Under the pieces are notes generated by a model. It made no database searches and was not told where the DNA came from. It was given only the letters and a program-made list of their open reading frames with translations. A stretch of DNA of 61,647 nucleotides, counting the filler. It is 8 parts of 8 records of this genome, joined end to end, with 100 filler letters (N's around TTAATTAATTAA, not from the genome) between each part and the next. Parts side by side here need not be neighbours in the genome. Positions count along the whole stretch, not along the records: positions 17,859 to 21,514 come from SRR20825010_3940; positions 21,615 to 25,617 come from SRR20825010_3946; positions 25,718 to 30,414 come from SRR20825010_3950; 5 more parts are not named here. One strand, written 5' to 3'. A program made the translations under genes and the position numbers. Each line of letters opens with the position of its first letter. Positions within the stretch are counted from its first letter, which is position 1. Of this stretch, positions 20,018-30,514 are shown piece after piece.

Positions 20018-20689
20018 TTATGCCATGGCTGAAGTATTGAGTCGAGGAATTTTTCGATACAAACTAACGGCTTGGGTCCGATTTTTGACATTCATTCGTG
20101 TGAAAATTTCGCGCAAATGTGTTTTTATTGTTTCTGGTGACAAGTCCAGTTTTCTGGCGATTTCTTTGTTTGACAAACCTGACGCAAGATAATGCATGAC
20201 CTGCTGTTGCTTGTGGGTCAGTTGAATTCCGTTGCTCTGGCCCATGCGGCCTGTAATGTGTTCACCGTTGGTTTGGCGGTTGGACAGCGCATTGGGACGC
20301 CATTGAACCTGCACACCAGCCCGGGTCAAAGCCTCTAGCAACACTGCAGAGGTTTGCTCGAAGCCTTCTGACTTGGACAATGTCCAGGAGGGGGCCTGCT
20401 GGTTGGGTGACACTGAGTTTAATAATTGATCGTCGCCGCTCATGATCAACATTGGCAAATTGGGATTGATCTGTGCCAAGGTGTCGATTACATCTTGCCC
20501 CTCCATGTCGGGGAGACGCAAGTCGGTGATGATCAATGAGGGGGTGTTTCTGGTGCATAGATCTTTTGCATGGGAAATGCTGGCAGCACACAGTATGTCG
20601 GCATTGGTCGCCACAAACTCCACCAAATCTTTAATGCCTGTCGCAAAAAGCGGATGGTCTTCGATAACCAGGATTTGGTTCGATGGCAT
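20018..20689 (-). CDS. NarL/LuxR-family response regulator
   Basis: IEDHPL and TDLRLPD receiver motifs; GLSNKEIARKLDLSPETIKTH HTH. Confidence 0.93.
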   Translation of the reverse strand: MPSNQILVIEDHPLFATGIKDLVEFVATNADILCAASISHAKDLCTRNTPSLIITDLRLPDMEGQDVIDTLAQINPNLPMLIMSGDDQLLNSVSPNQQAPSWTLSKSEGFEQTSAVLLEALTRAGVQVQWRPNALSNRQTNGEHITGRMGQSNGIQLTHKQQQVMHYLASGLSNKEIARKLDLSPETIKTHLREIFTRMNVKNRTQAVSLYRKIPRLNTSAMA

Positions 20690-20778
20690 TGTTGTCTCCT
20701 CCCGAGGATATGTTAGTTTAAAAAGGTGTCACTAGATGTGAGCATGTAAACATCTTTAATGGATTAACACTTTTTTCC

Positions 20779-20798
20779 AACCCTCTTTAGGGGGAGTT
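20779..20798. promoter_or_regulatory. Imperfect palindrome, possible response-regulator site
   Basis: AACCCTCTTTAGGGGGAGTT upstream of the LuxR-type gene. Confidence 0.3.
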
Positions 20799-21009
20799 AA
20801 TCGGTTTGCGTCGATGTAGTCAATACGCAAAGCCCGTAAGTCGCTCTATTTATTTTCAATCAACCTCGTTGTGTCGCATTATTTCATCTCGCGGATGTGC
20901 CAAATTCATTGCCTTGTCGGCTTCTGAGCTGAGCTTGCATCACTTTTCATTACAATGACAAGTGGTGGTCGCAAGAACGGGCGATCCGGACAAGGTTCAA
21001 GCTAACGAC

Positions 21010-21514
21010 ATGAGAACAAGACTAAGCGGTGCATCGAAGCCGGCCGATGAAACCCAGGCCCGCGTAAGACGCAAAGAGCAAACCCGCCAGAATTTGATGC
21101 AGGCCGCACTAACCTTGGTGGGTAATGGCAGCAGCTTTACTGCACTTGGCATTCGGGAAATAACCCGAGAGGCTGGCGTGGTGCCCACGGCGTTTTATCG
21201 CCATTTCAAGACCACCGATGAACTTGGCCTGGCTTTGGTCGAAGAGGGCGGGCTTACATTGCGTCGTCTGTTGCGAGAGGCGCGTCAAGCCAGCCTGCCC
21301 GGTGAAGACATGATTCGTCATTCAGTTAGCGTATTCGTGAACTACCTGAAACAACATCATCTTGAATGGCGATTCATCAGTTCCGAAAAGTCTGGGGGAT
21401 CCCCGGCCCTTCGCAATGCCATTCGAAACGAAATTGTGCATTTCACCAATGAAATGGCCAGCGATTTGCGATTACTCAATATTTTCCCGGGTCTTTCTAC
21501 CCACACCCTGACAC
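21010..21514 (+). CDS. TetR-family regulator, FabR/DesT-like (3' truncated)
   Basis: IREITREAGVVPTAFYRHF HTH. Confidence 0.88.
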
Positions 21515-21614
21515 NNNNNNNNNNNNNNNNNNNNNNNNNNNNNNNNNNNNNNNNNNNNTTAATTAATTAANNNNNNNNNNNNNNNNNNNNNNNNNNNNNN
21601 NNNNNNNNNNNNNN

Positions 21615-21784
21615 GGACGGTCCGGATATTCCGTCGCCGCCCGCCGGAAATAGGTTCCAATATTGGTCAAATACTCGCCTAACGAGATATTACTCTTGAC
21701 AATCCAGCTTCCATCGTCATTTTGCGCGATCGAGATGTCTGGAGCCGGTCGTTTAAATGGCCGAAATGGAATAGAAGATGACAT
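21615..21784 (-). CDS. Acyl-CoA ligase N-terminal fragment (feruloyl-CoA synthetase-like)
   Basis: DDGSWIVKS..LGEY....FRRAATEYPDR resembles Fcs N-termini; cut by spacer. Confidence 0.55.
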
Positions 21785-21919
21785 ATGGGGAACAAACTCC
21801 GTTGATTTTTTTGTTCTATTTTAGGCATCGGACTGTTATTGTAAGAATACTGACAAATTGTTGTAATAATTGCCAGCAATAGACGCGAAAAAATATAAAA
21901 ATAAAAAGGTGGGAGGCGG

Positions 21920-22552
21920 ATGAATCAATCAACACCCGTCACAGTGGCGTCAGATAGAGCCAGTAAAAGAAAAGAAGAAAAGCGCAACCGGCTATTGGCG
22001 GCGGCGCGCAAACTCTTCGTCAGCAAAGGGTATCACGAGACAAGACCACAGGATATTGCCAAGGAAGCGGACGTCGCCCATGGCACTTTCTACAGCCACT
22101 ATACGGACAAGCGGGAGATATTTCTCGCTTTCGCCAGCGGCGCGCAGGAGGATTTGCATTCCTATGTGCATTCCCGCATTCCAAAAGTCGATAGTTTCGA
22201 AGAATATATCCGCTATAGCCTGACGACCATTCAGGAATTCGCCGAACAAAACCCTGGCCTGCTTCGCTCGGCGCTTGTCGATACCAAGGTTTTCGATCCG
22301 ACAGATTCAACGTCAAAGGAAGTCCGCAGCAAGTTTGCCTCGGGCTTTATTGCGCAGTTGAGGAGCGCCCAGCTCAATGGAGAGCTTTATGAGGATATCG
22401 ATCCCGACCTGATTGGCCACGCCATGATGGGCCTGATCCAATTCTCCGCACCGATGGCCTATCGCAAGGGGCAGAGCCGTCAGGAATATGTGGACCATTT
22501 GAGCCGTTTCCTGACACGCGCCCTCGTCAAATCGCCGAAGAGCCTGTCGTAA
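21920..22552 (+). CDS. TetR-family regulator
   Basis: DIAKEADVAHGTFYSHY HTH; divergent from the ligase fragment. Confidence 0.92.
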   Translation: MNQSTPVTVASDRASKRKEEKRNRLLAAARKLFVSKGYHETRPQDIAKEADVAHGTFYSHYTDKREIFLAFASGAQEDLHSYVHSRIPKVDSFEEYIRYSLTTIQEFAEQNPGLLRSALVDTKVFDPTDSTSKEVRSKFASGFIAQLRSAQLNGELYEDIDPDLIGHAMMGLIQFSAPMAYRKGQSRQEYVDHLSRFLTRALVKSPKSLS

Positions 22553-23539
22553 TCAGCCCCATGGCCCTTTCTTGGGACGTGGGCGGTTGACGGGGGAATC
22601 GGTGTAGGGTGTGGAGCCGCGCGAGGATGGTTTCCTGAACATCCCTTCATGGGAATAACGGTCTTCGCGGTCCACCCGCACACGCTGCCCGCCGGACGGC
22701 ACCAGTGATTTCGCCAGTTCCTTAAGCCTTGCAACACGGTTCGCTGTCGAGGGATGGGTCGAGAAGAGCTTGTCTGCCCGCTGACCATGTAGCGGGTTGA
22801 CGATAAACAGGCTGGCCGAGGCGGGATTTTTCTCCGCCGGGATATTTTCAATACCCCGCGCCGAATTTTCGAGCTTTTGCAGCGCACTCGCCAGCCACTC
22901 CGGATTTCCGCAGATTTCACCGCCGGTATGATCGGCGGAATATTCACGGGTCCGGCTGATCGCCATCTGTACCAGCATCGCGCCGAGCGGTGCGAGGACC
23001 ATGATGGCAATAGTACCTATGATACCAATCCGGTTATCCCGGCTACCGCCAAAGAAGAGCGCGAAATTCGCCAGCATACTGATCGCACCGGCAATCGTCG
23101 CCGTGATCGTCATGGTCAGAGTATCGCGGTTCTTGATATGCGCCAGCTCATGCGCGAGAACGCCCGCCGTTTCCTCCTTATTCAGGATTTTCATGAGGCC
23201 GGTCGTCACCGCAACGGCGGCATTTTCCGGGTTCCGGCCCGTTGCAAAGGCGTTAGGCTGCGGATTATCCATGATAAATACCTTCGGCATGGGAAGTTCC
23301 GCCCGCGCCGCCAATTCCTCCACCAGCTGATAAAGGCCCGGTGCCTCGCTCCGGCCCACCTGACGCGCGCCATACATCTTGAGGACCATCTTGTCCGAAT
23401 TCCAGTAGGCGAAGCCGTTCATCGCGACCGCCACGGCAAACGCAATCAGCATCCCGGTCATCCCGCCGAGGAGAAATCCCACGGCCAGAAACAACGCGGT
23501 AATCGCAGCAATCAGTAATCCGGTCTTGAAATAATTCAT
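22553..23539 (-). CDS. htpX: Zinc metalloprotease HtpX
   Basis: [21 protein letters not shown] and LFSTHP motifs; start MNYFKT. Confidence 0.96.
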   Translation of the reverse strand: MNYFKTGLLIAAITALFLAVGFLLGGMTGMLIAFAVAVAMNGFAYWNSDKMVLKMYGARQVGRSEAPGLYQLVEELAARAELPMPKVFIMDNPQPNAFATGRNPENAAVAVTTGLMKILNKEETAGVLAHELAHIKNRDTLTMTITATIAGAISMLANFALFFGGSRDNRIGIIGTIAIMVLAPLGAMLVQMAISRTREYSADHTGGEICGNPEWLASALQKLENSARGIENIPAEKNPASASLFIVNPLHGQRADKLFSTHPSTANRVARLKELAKSLVPSGGQRVRVDREDRYSHEGMFRKPSSRGSTPYTDSPVNRPRPKKGPWG

Positions 23540-23691
23540 GTCCCTCATCCAGCAGACATCGCCTTGCGGGCGCCTTCTATATGTATTGGAGATGGGCGAA
23601 AGATCAAGCAGCAGCGCAAAATACGGCGGACATGAAATAACCCCGGAATGGCCGCTTTTTAGCCACAACCAACCGCCAAATGCCAATTTAC

Positions 23692-23836
23692 CGGTTAGTT
23701 AGTGATTAACTAGCTGCCGGCAAGTCCAGGGAGGAAGTGCCGCCCCTGCTAATTTTACCCCGATTGGACCGGGGCGGCACAGTCGATTAACCAGTAGCGT
23801 ACCAAGCCGGCAGGATGGCAGACCTGCCGGCTTTTT
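23692..23836 (+). ncRNA. Candidate small RNA with three hairpins
   Basis: Stems at 23692-23716, 23737-23780 and 23804-23833, with a T-run on the + strand where no + gene ends. Confidence 0.4.
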
Positions 23837-23843
23837 GGTCTGG

Positions 23844-25617
23844 CTACGAGTCCGCCAGAACCTCACCGGAGATCATTTTCGCGATCAAGCCTTTAATGGC
23901 GGTCACGGCGTCTTCGCCTTTTGTCCCATCGGGGCCACCGGCCTGCGCCATATCGGGACGACCGCCGCCGCCCTTACCGCCAAGCGCCTCTGATCCGGCG
24001 CGGACTAGATCCACCGCACTCAATTTCTTGGTCAGGTCATTCGTTACACTGACCACGATGGAGGCCTTGCCGTCGTTATTACTGATCAGGACGATCACGC
24101 CGCTTTTCAGCTGCTTCTTGATCTCATCCGCCATGGGTTTGAGGTCTTTTGGCGGCACATCGGAAAGCAGCCGTGCCATCAGCGAGATATCGCCAACCTT
24201 CTCCGGCGCCTCAGTCGCGCCGCCGCTCCCGCCACTTACCAGTTTCTTGCGGGTATCGGCGAGTTCACGTTCAAGTTTCTTGCGATCCTCAAGCAGGCTT
24301 TGGATGCGGTTCCCAAGGTCATGCGGTGCTATTTTAAGGGTCGCGGCCGCATCGGCGAGCATCTTTTCCCGCTCATTGACATAGTCAAGCGCGGCCTCTC
24401 CGGCGACGGCCTCTATCCGGCGGACCCCCGCGGCAAGGCCACCTTCACTGACAATTTTCAGAAAGCCGATATCGCCCGTGCGGGCGACATGCGTACCACC
24501 GCAAAGCTCCGTTGAATAGTTGCGCCCTGCGCCCTTTGTCACATCGAGACCGCCCATGGAGACAACACGAACCTCATCGCCATATTTTTCACCGAAAAGC
24601 GCCATGGCACCGGCTTTGATGGCTTCCTCTGGTGTGGATAATTGGACATCAACATCGGCATTTACGCGAATACGGTCATTGACCATTTTCTCGACCTCGG
24701 CGATCTCCGCGTCTGTCATTGGCTTCTGATGCGCGAAATCGAACCGCAGCCGGTCTTCGGCCACAAGAGACCCCTTCTGCGTCACATGATCACCCAGAAC
24801 CTGACGCAGCGCCTCATGCAGCAAATGGGTTGCCGAATGATGGGCGCGCAGGCGGTTCCGGCGGTTGTGATCGACATGAGTTTCCACCACGTCATCGACT
24901 TTCAACTCGCCCTTGGCGATCTGCCCCATATGGATAAAGAGGTCCTGCTTCTTTTGGGTGTCTTTCACCGTCATGGCAAAGCCGTCGGCAGTTTTCAGCC
25001 TGCCGTGATCGCCTTCCTGACCACCGCTCTCGCCATAAAAAGACGTCTGGTTGAGCACGACCATGACTTCATCACCCTGCCGGGCGCGGTCCACTTCCTT
25101 GCCATCCTGGATGATCGCCTGCACCTTGCCTTCCGCAGTTTCCGTCTGGTAACCCAGAAATTCCGTCGCACCGACCTTTTCATGCAAATCGAACCAAAGC
25201 GTATCCGTCGCGGCCTCCCCGGAGCCAGACCAGGCAGCGCGGGCGGCTTCCTTCTGCTTTTTCATCGCCGCATCGAACCCGGCCTCATCCAACTCGCGTT
25301 TCTGGCCGCGAAGAATATCTTTCGTGAGATCGAGCGGGAAGCCGAAAGTATCATACAGCTTGAACGCCACATCGCCCGGAAGCGGATCGCTGCCACCCAG
25401 CTTTTCCGTTTCATCGCCAAGCAGCTTGAGGCCACGATCCAGCGTTTCCTTAAAACGGGTTTCCTCCAGTTTCAAGGTTTCGGAAATCAACGACTGGGCA
25501 CGGGCGAGTTCCGGAAACGCGTCCCCCATTTCATCGACCAGTGTCTGCACCAGTTTGTAGACCATCGGCTCCTTCGCCCCCAGCATATGCGCATGGCGCA
25601 TGGCGCGGCGCATGATC
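23844..25617 (-). CDS. alaS: Alanine--tRNA ligase (5' truncated)
   Basis: FKLYDTFGFP, HSATHLLH, ELCGGTHV and GGGRPDMAQAG motifs. Confidence 0.98.
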
Positions 25618-25717
25618 NNNNNNNNNNNNNNNNNNNNNNNNNNNNNNNNNNNNNNNNNNNNTTAATTAATTAANNNNNNNNNNNNNNNNNNNNNNNNNNN
25701 NNNNNNNNNNNNNNNNN

Positions 25718-26917
25718 TCGCGGTCCTTGCGTCACAAAAGGGTTCTTTTCATCCCAGGCGTAGCCCGCCAGGATTGAAACAATCATCTGCTTTATCGGAT
25801 TATCATCGCTCGGCGGATTAAAAATAATATCCTGCAACTCCCCACTGTACCAGGCTTCTACAAAGGCGCGAAAGCAATCCACTCCGACTTGAAGCGGTTC
25901 GGCGAAATCTGCGTCCCAATCAACATCCTCGCCCTTTAACTGTCGCATCAAAGGATCAATCAAAAGGTCCGCTGATTTGAAGGCCACCGTGACGCCGGAA
26001 GAAAATACCGGATCGAGAAATTCCCCGGCATTGCCAAGAAGAGCAAATTGCGGCCCGGCAAGGCGGGAAACCTTCGTCGAGTATCCTGACATCTCTCCGA
26101 CGGGACGCAATTCCCGGGCATCGCTTAGAAGGTCTTTTAGTTCTTCCGTCTCATTGATAATCGCCCAGAGCTTTTCGGATGGACTTCCCGGATATTTCTT
26201 GAGTTCCTCTGGCGACACAACCACCCCCACGGAGGATTTTCCGTTCGCAAACGGGATCAACCAGAACCAGATATCGCGGCAACGGGGATGGATCGAAATC
26301 AGGATCTTGTTACGGTCAAAATTACGCGCCGCAAGCTGTTCCTCCACATGGGTGAAGAGCGCATGACGCACTGGAAAATCCGATGGCGTATCAAGGTTCA
26401 GCAGGCGCGGCAGCACGCGGCCATATCCGCTGGCATCGACAAGAAAACGGGCCGTATGGCGGAAAGCTCCCTCCGGCCCCGCCCCGGCGATCACGGCACC
26501 CGCATCATTAAATTCGACAGCCGTCACATCCTGCTGAAATCGAAGGTCCGCCCCGGCGTCCCCGGCCGCCTCGGCAAGCAGGTTATCAAATTTGTCCCGC
26601 TCCACCTGATAGGTGCTTGCGGGTCCGCTTGAGAATTTCTCCGAGAATTTAATCGAGCTAAACCGTCTGTCGTCGGAAAAATTAGCTCCATCCTTATACT
26701 GAAATCCAGCCGCCTTGAGACGGGGCAGAAAACCCGCCTTCTCCATGAAGACCATCGACTGTGGAAGCAGGCTTTCACCGATGACAAAGCGGGGAAAGGT
26801 ACTTTTCTCCAGTATCGCGACGTTCAGCCCTTCCTGCGCAAGACGTGTCGCCGCGAGCGCACCCGCCGGCCCTGCGCCGATAACGATGACGTCGAAATGA
26901 TCGGAACTGACTGTCAT
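25718..26917 (-). CDS. FAD-dependent halogenase-like oxidoreductase (3' end cut)
   Basis: GAGPAG, FPRFVIGESL, FQYKDGA, WFWLIP and FLDPVFSSG motifs. Confidence 0.85.
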
Positions 26918-26918
26918 G

Positions 26919-29243
26919 TTACAAAGGCTCCGTCATTGGATGGTCAATATCGGCGGCGCGCGGCGCCAGAATATAGGCAAGTGAAATCCCGACCAGTATC
27001 GTGATCCCGAAGGCATGAATGGCGAATGTCTCGCTCAGCGCCAGAAGCCCGAACGCTAGCAAGGTCGAGATGGTCGATAACCCATTCGCGAGCATGGCGC
27101 GGCGCTGACGTTTTCCCGATGCCTCCCGATTGAAGAGCGCGTAGTCGAGGCCAATAGCGAAGATCAGCATCAACGACATGGCATTGAAGAAGGTAAAAGG
27201 CTCCCCGAGCAGTGCGATCAGGCAGGGGGCCAGGATAACTGCGGCCATGGAAGGGATCATAACCTTGAACGCCCCCACAAACCCATAGCGCAATGACAGG
27301 AACACCCAGACAACAGCATAGGCGACGGCAAGCATGATCAGCGCCCGAATACGATAGGCACCGAACGTCTTGCTAAGACTATCCGCTTGGCTGATCAGGG
27401 CGACATTCTCTGACTTCTCGGCGAGACTGACGAGCGGTGCCGTATCCTTCACCCCGGAGAGCGACACCGCATGCACGACGATCCCGGGCGTTTTATAGAT
27501 GCGCAAATGAGAGAACAGCCCCGGTAAATTAGCGTCCGTAAACTGATCAATGGTCAGGACGCCGTCTGTCGGCTCATAGGGTACCACCCGGGAAAGTCCG
27601 ATAGCCTCCATATGCCCGGCAAGATGCGGCATCAACAAATTCTCCACCAGCGCCTGATTTTCAAGCTGCCGCGCCTTTGAGGGCACAAAGTGGGAAATCA
27701 TCCGATAGCTCCCGATAATGCCGCTCGCCCGCAATGCCTCCAAATCCAGGGCGAGCGCCTCTTCTGCCTGCAACACCTCATCTGGGTTAGAGCCTCGCAC
27801 AAAGAACCGATGGGTCTGGTTCTCGATCCCCGCAAGATGACGGATCGCCTGCTCCTCCGCCTGAAGATCCTGTGGCAGGGATTGCAAGCGGCGGACATCA
27901 TCATCCACCGTTATTCGCATCGCACCGAGTATTCCCGCCCCCACCAACAGGGCAACAAACAACCAGCGCCACGTCCGGGTGCCATCGCGCCACCAGAAAT
28001 CATGGAGCGCCATCGAAAAATTGAGATATCTCTCGCCATGACGAAAAGGCGCGGCGCGATCAAGATAGGGGAAAACATACAGCACGGTCAGATAGGCAAG
28101 CGTCAGACCGGAGGCAGAAAAGAGTGCAATCTGTTGAAGGCCCGGAAAAGGCGTGAGCGCGAGGGTAATAAAGCCAAGCACCGAACTCACCAACCCAAGT
28201 GTCAGACCGGAACGAATGGCCCGCGCCCGCGCCGCCGGAACGGATGACGCCTGATTAAATCGCTCACAGAAATAGTGAAAAGCATAATCCACTGAAATAC
28301 CGATCAGCCCCGCGCCGAAGACCAGCGCGAGAAGCTGCAATGTTCCAAAAAAGAGAAGCGTAACCGCCAGCCCGCCCGCAATCCCTGAGGCAATGGCCAA
28401 GAGGCTGAGGGCAAGCGGATGAAAACTCCGAAAGATGAGAAAATTCAGAATAACAATACCGATCAGGGAAATCATCCCGATGAAGCCGGCCTCATCCTCC
28501 GCTTGTCTGTAAGCATGCTCTCCATAAAAGACTGCGCCCGTTTTCAATATTTCCATATCGCCATGGCGTTTCTCAAGCTTGTCCTCCACTTCATCGAAAG
28601 TCTTCCGTGCACGGGACTGAAACCCCTTGTCAAACGGGTTTCCCGCAAGCCTTCCCCGAACCAGAACAAACCATTTTCCGTTTTCCTCAACCGCGAGAAC
28701 ATTAGCTCGGCTCAGGAGTTTTGAGCTGTTTTCCGTGCTTGCGGCGATATAATTCGGCAACAGCAAGAAGGGATCACGCCGGATCAACTCCGCGTCGGCG
28801 AGAGACAGTGGAGAGAGAATTTGCACCATCGCCCGGTCAACGATCACCTGTTCCTGTCCGGCGGAAAGCAAGCGCCTGTCCCCTTCACCAAGCAGCCCTG
28901 TGCGATGCGGGAAAAGCAACTCGCTCAGACTTGTCAGTGTCGTTTTTTCCAGCTGGTTCTGCGCCAAATTGACGATGCCGTTGTCTTCAAGGGTCTTGCC
29001 GAGATCCAGTGCGGCACTGCGTGCGGTTTCAAAATCCGGATGACCAACAAGGACGATCAACTGGTTCGATCCTTGTGATCTTTCCGCCGCCTCAGCCCGG
29101 GCAACCCATTCCGCCTCTTCCGACTGGGGGAGCATCGCAACAATATTGGTATCGAGGGGGAGACCATCCTGCAACCGCCAGCCGATTATTGCCACTGCAC
29201 TGCACAGCAGGGCAAGATAGATCAGCAGGCCGGCGCGGTTCAC
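26919..29243 (-). CDS. MMPL/RND-like exporter (ApeM-like)
   Basis: Two TM clusters with GISVDYAFH and GLDYALF motifs. Confidence 0.88.
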   Translation of the reverse strand: MNRAGLLIYLALLCSAVAIIGWRLQDGLPLDTNIVAMLPQSEEAEWVARAEAAERSQGSNQLIVLVGHPDFETARSAALDLGKTLEDNGIVNLAQNQLEKTTLTSLSELLFPHRTGLLGEGDRRLLSAGQEQVIVDRAMVQILSPLSLADAELIRRDPFLLLPNYIAASTENSSKLLSRANVLAVEENGKWFVLVRGRLAGNPFDKGFQSRARKTFDEVEDKLEKRHGDMEILKTGAVFYGEHAYRQAEDEAGFIGMISLIGIVILNFLIFRSFHPLALSLLAIASGIAGGLAVTLLFFGTLQLLALVFGAGLIGISVDYAFHYFCERFNQASSVPAARARAIRSGLTLGLVSSVLGFITLALTPFPGLQQIALFSASGLTLAYLTVLYVFPYLDRAAPFRHGERYLNFSMALHDFWWRDGTRTWRWLFVALLVGAGILGAMRITVDDDVRRLQSLPQDLQAEEQAIRHLAGIENQTHRFFVRGSNPDEVLQAEEALALDLEALRASGIIGSYRMISHFVPSKARQLENQALVENLLMPHLAGHMEAIGLSRVVPYEPTDGVLTIDQFTDANLPGLFSHLRIYKTPGIVVHAVSLSGVKDTAPLVSLAEKSENVALISQADSLSKTFGAYRIRALIMLAVAYAVVWVFLSLRYGFVGAFKVMIPSMAAVILAPCLIALLGEPFTFFNAMSLMLIFAIGLDYALFNREASGKRQRRAMLANGLSTISTLLAFGLLALSETFAIHAFGITILVGISLAYILAPRAADIDHPMTEPL

Positions 29244-29848
29244 GGCTGCTTTTCCTTGCTGGCGTCAACCGCAGCGCTGACTTCCGCCACCGGCGCCACC
29301 CGTTGATCCGAGAAGGTAATCACATCACGGTCGCCATTGCTTTTCACAATCTCGACGGTTTCCAGAAAATCACCAATCTCGAAATTGAGATAGGCGAAAG
29401 GAAGTGTCAGGCCACTTGTTTTAGGGGAAAACCGCAGCGAATATTTACCATCCGCAGGCAGCAGCTTCGCGCCCGCCATTTCCTCAAGCGGCTGCCAGTT
29501 TCCACTCAGGCTGTTCTCGAAGGTATCACGCAGCAACTTGAAACCCGGAAACTGTTTGAAACTAAGGCGCGTTACCTCTGCGCCTTTCAGGCCCTGACTG
29601 AGTCCTTTCTCATCAATGACCATGCGGCTGAAAAAGGGTTTTTCCGTCTGCCAGATCAGCGCCGATTGAGGCAGCAGAAAGAACTCCCCTTCAGATAGAA
29701 TCGGCCTGTCAAAACCGCGCAAGTAGCGAGCCTGAACGAACTGCCCCATCATCGCTTCCCCCTCACCAAGGGCCCGCGGGGCAGAATGGGCCGGCGCCAT
29801 GGCCACAATAAACAGGGCATATATCAGAAAGCGGATCGTACTTAACAC
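29240..29848 (-). CDS. LolA-like carrier protein (ApeL-like)
   Basis: Signal peptide, GQFVQ..L.GF.RP..SEG and LIWQTEKPF motifs. Confidence 0.82.
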   Translation of the reverse strand: MLSTIRFLIYALFIVAMAPAHSAPRALGEGEAMMGQFVQARYLRGFDRPILSEGEFFLLPQSALIWQTEKPFFSRMVIDEKGLSQGLKGAEVTRLSFKQFPGFKLLRDTFENSLSGNWQPLEEMAGAKLLPADGKYSLRFSPKTSGLTLPFAYLNFEIGDFLETVEIVKSNGDRDVITFSDQRVAPVAEVSAAVDASKEKQP

Positions 29849-30252
29849 AACAGGGCTTCAACTTTCTTGTACAGAATGGGCGGTGACTGGAACAACATTT
29901 CCTCGGAGTTCTTATCAATCGCCACCTGAATTGTAAATCCCCGGGTCAGCCTCTCATCCGTATCAATATCCCTCAATTCGTAATCGATTTTGAGGCGGTT
30001 TTCATATTCGACTAGCTCGGCGGTGACCTTTACTTCCTGGCCAAAGTGGATCGGACGGATGTATTTGATGCGCATATCGACGATTGGCCAGGCGAAGCCA
30101 CTCTCGTTCATCTGCATGTAGTTGTAATCCATCTTGTCGAGCAGGGCGCAACGTGCCTGCTCAAAAAAGCGCGCATAGTTTCCGTGCCAGACAATCCCCA
30201 TCGGATCGAGATCATAGAATTGACATTTAACAGTAATATCAGCCGATATCAT
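29842..30252 (-). CDS. 4HBT-like acyl-CoA thioesterase (ApeK-like)
   Basis: FYDLDPMGIVWHGNYARFFE. Confidence 0.9.
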   Translation of the reverse strand: MISADITVKCQFYDLDPMGIVWHGNYARFFEQARCALLDKMDYNYMQMNESGFAWPIVDMRIKYIRPIHFGQEVKVTAELVEYENRLKIDYELRDIDTDERLTRGFTIQVAIDKNSEEMLFQSPPILYKKVEALLC

Positions 30253-30414
30253 ATTGTTTCCTTGATATTTCTATCCGATATAGATTCCTGCTCCGGAACC
30301 GACCAGAAATCATAGAAATTGTACCATTGTTCCGGATATTTTAGGCAATTTTCCTGCAAAATACGTGCATATTCCCGCATGGGTACCTCTAGCTCATCAT
30401 TTGGCGGACGGCCG
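30249..30414 (-). CDS. Lipid A-type acyltransferase 3' fragment (ApeJ-like C-terminus)
   Basis: Manual translation ...CLKYPEQWYNFYDFW...; ATGA overlap with the thioesterase. Confidence 0.75.
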
Positions 30415-30514
30415 NNNNNNNNNNNNNNNNNNNNNNNNNNNNNNNNNNNNNNNNNNNNTTAATTAATTAANNNNNNNNNNNNNNNNNNNNNNNNNNNNNN
30501 NNNNNNNNNNNNNN

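Noticed and set aside
23737-23790. 17-aa GTG-start mini-ORF after AGGGAGG
   Set aside because: SD-start spacing is only 2 nt and the start codon is buried in a stem
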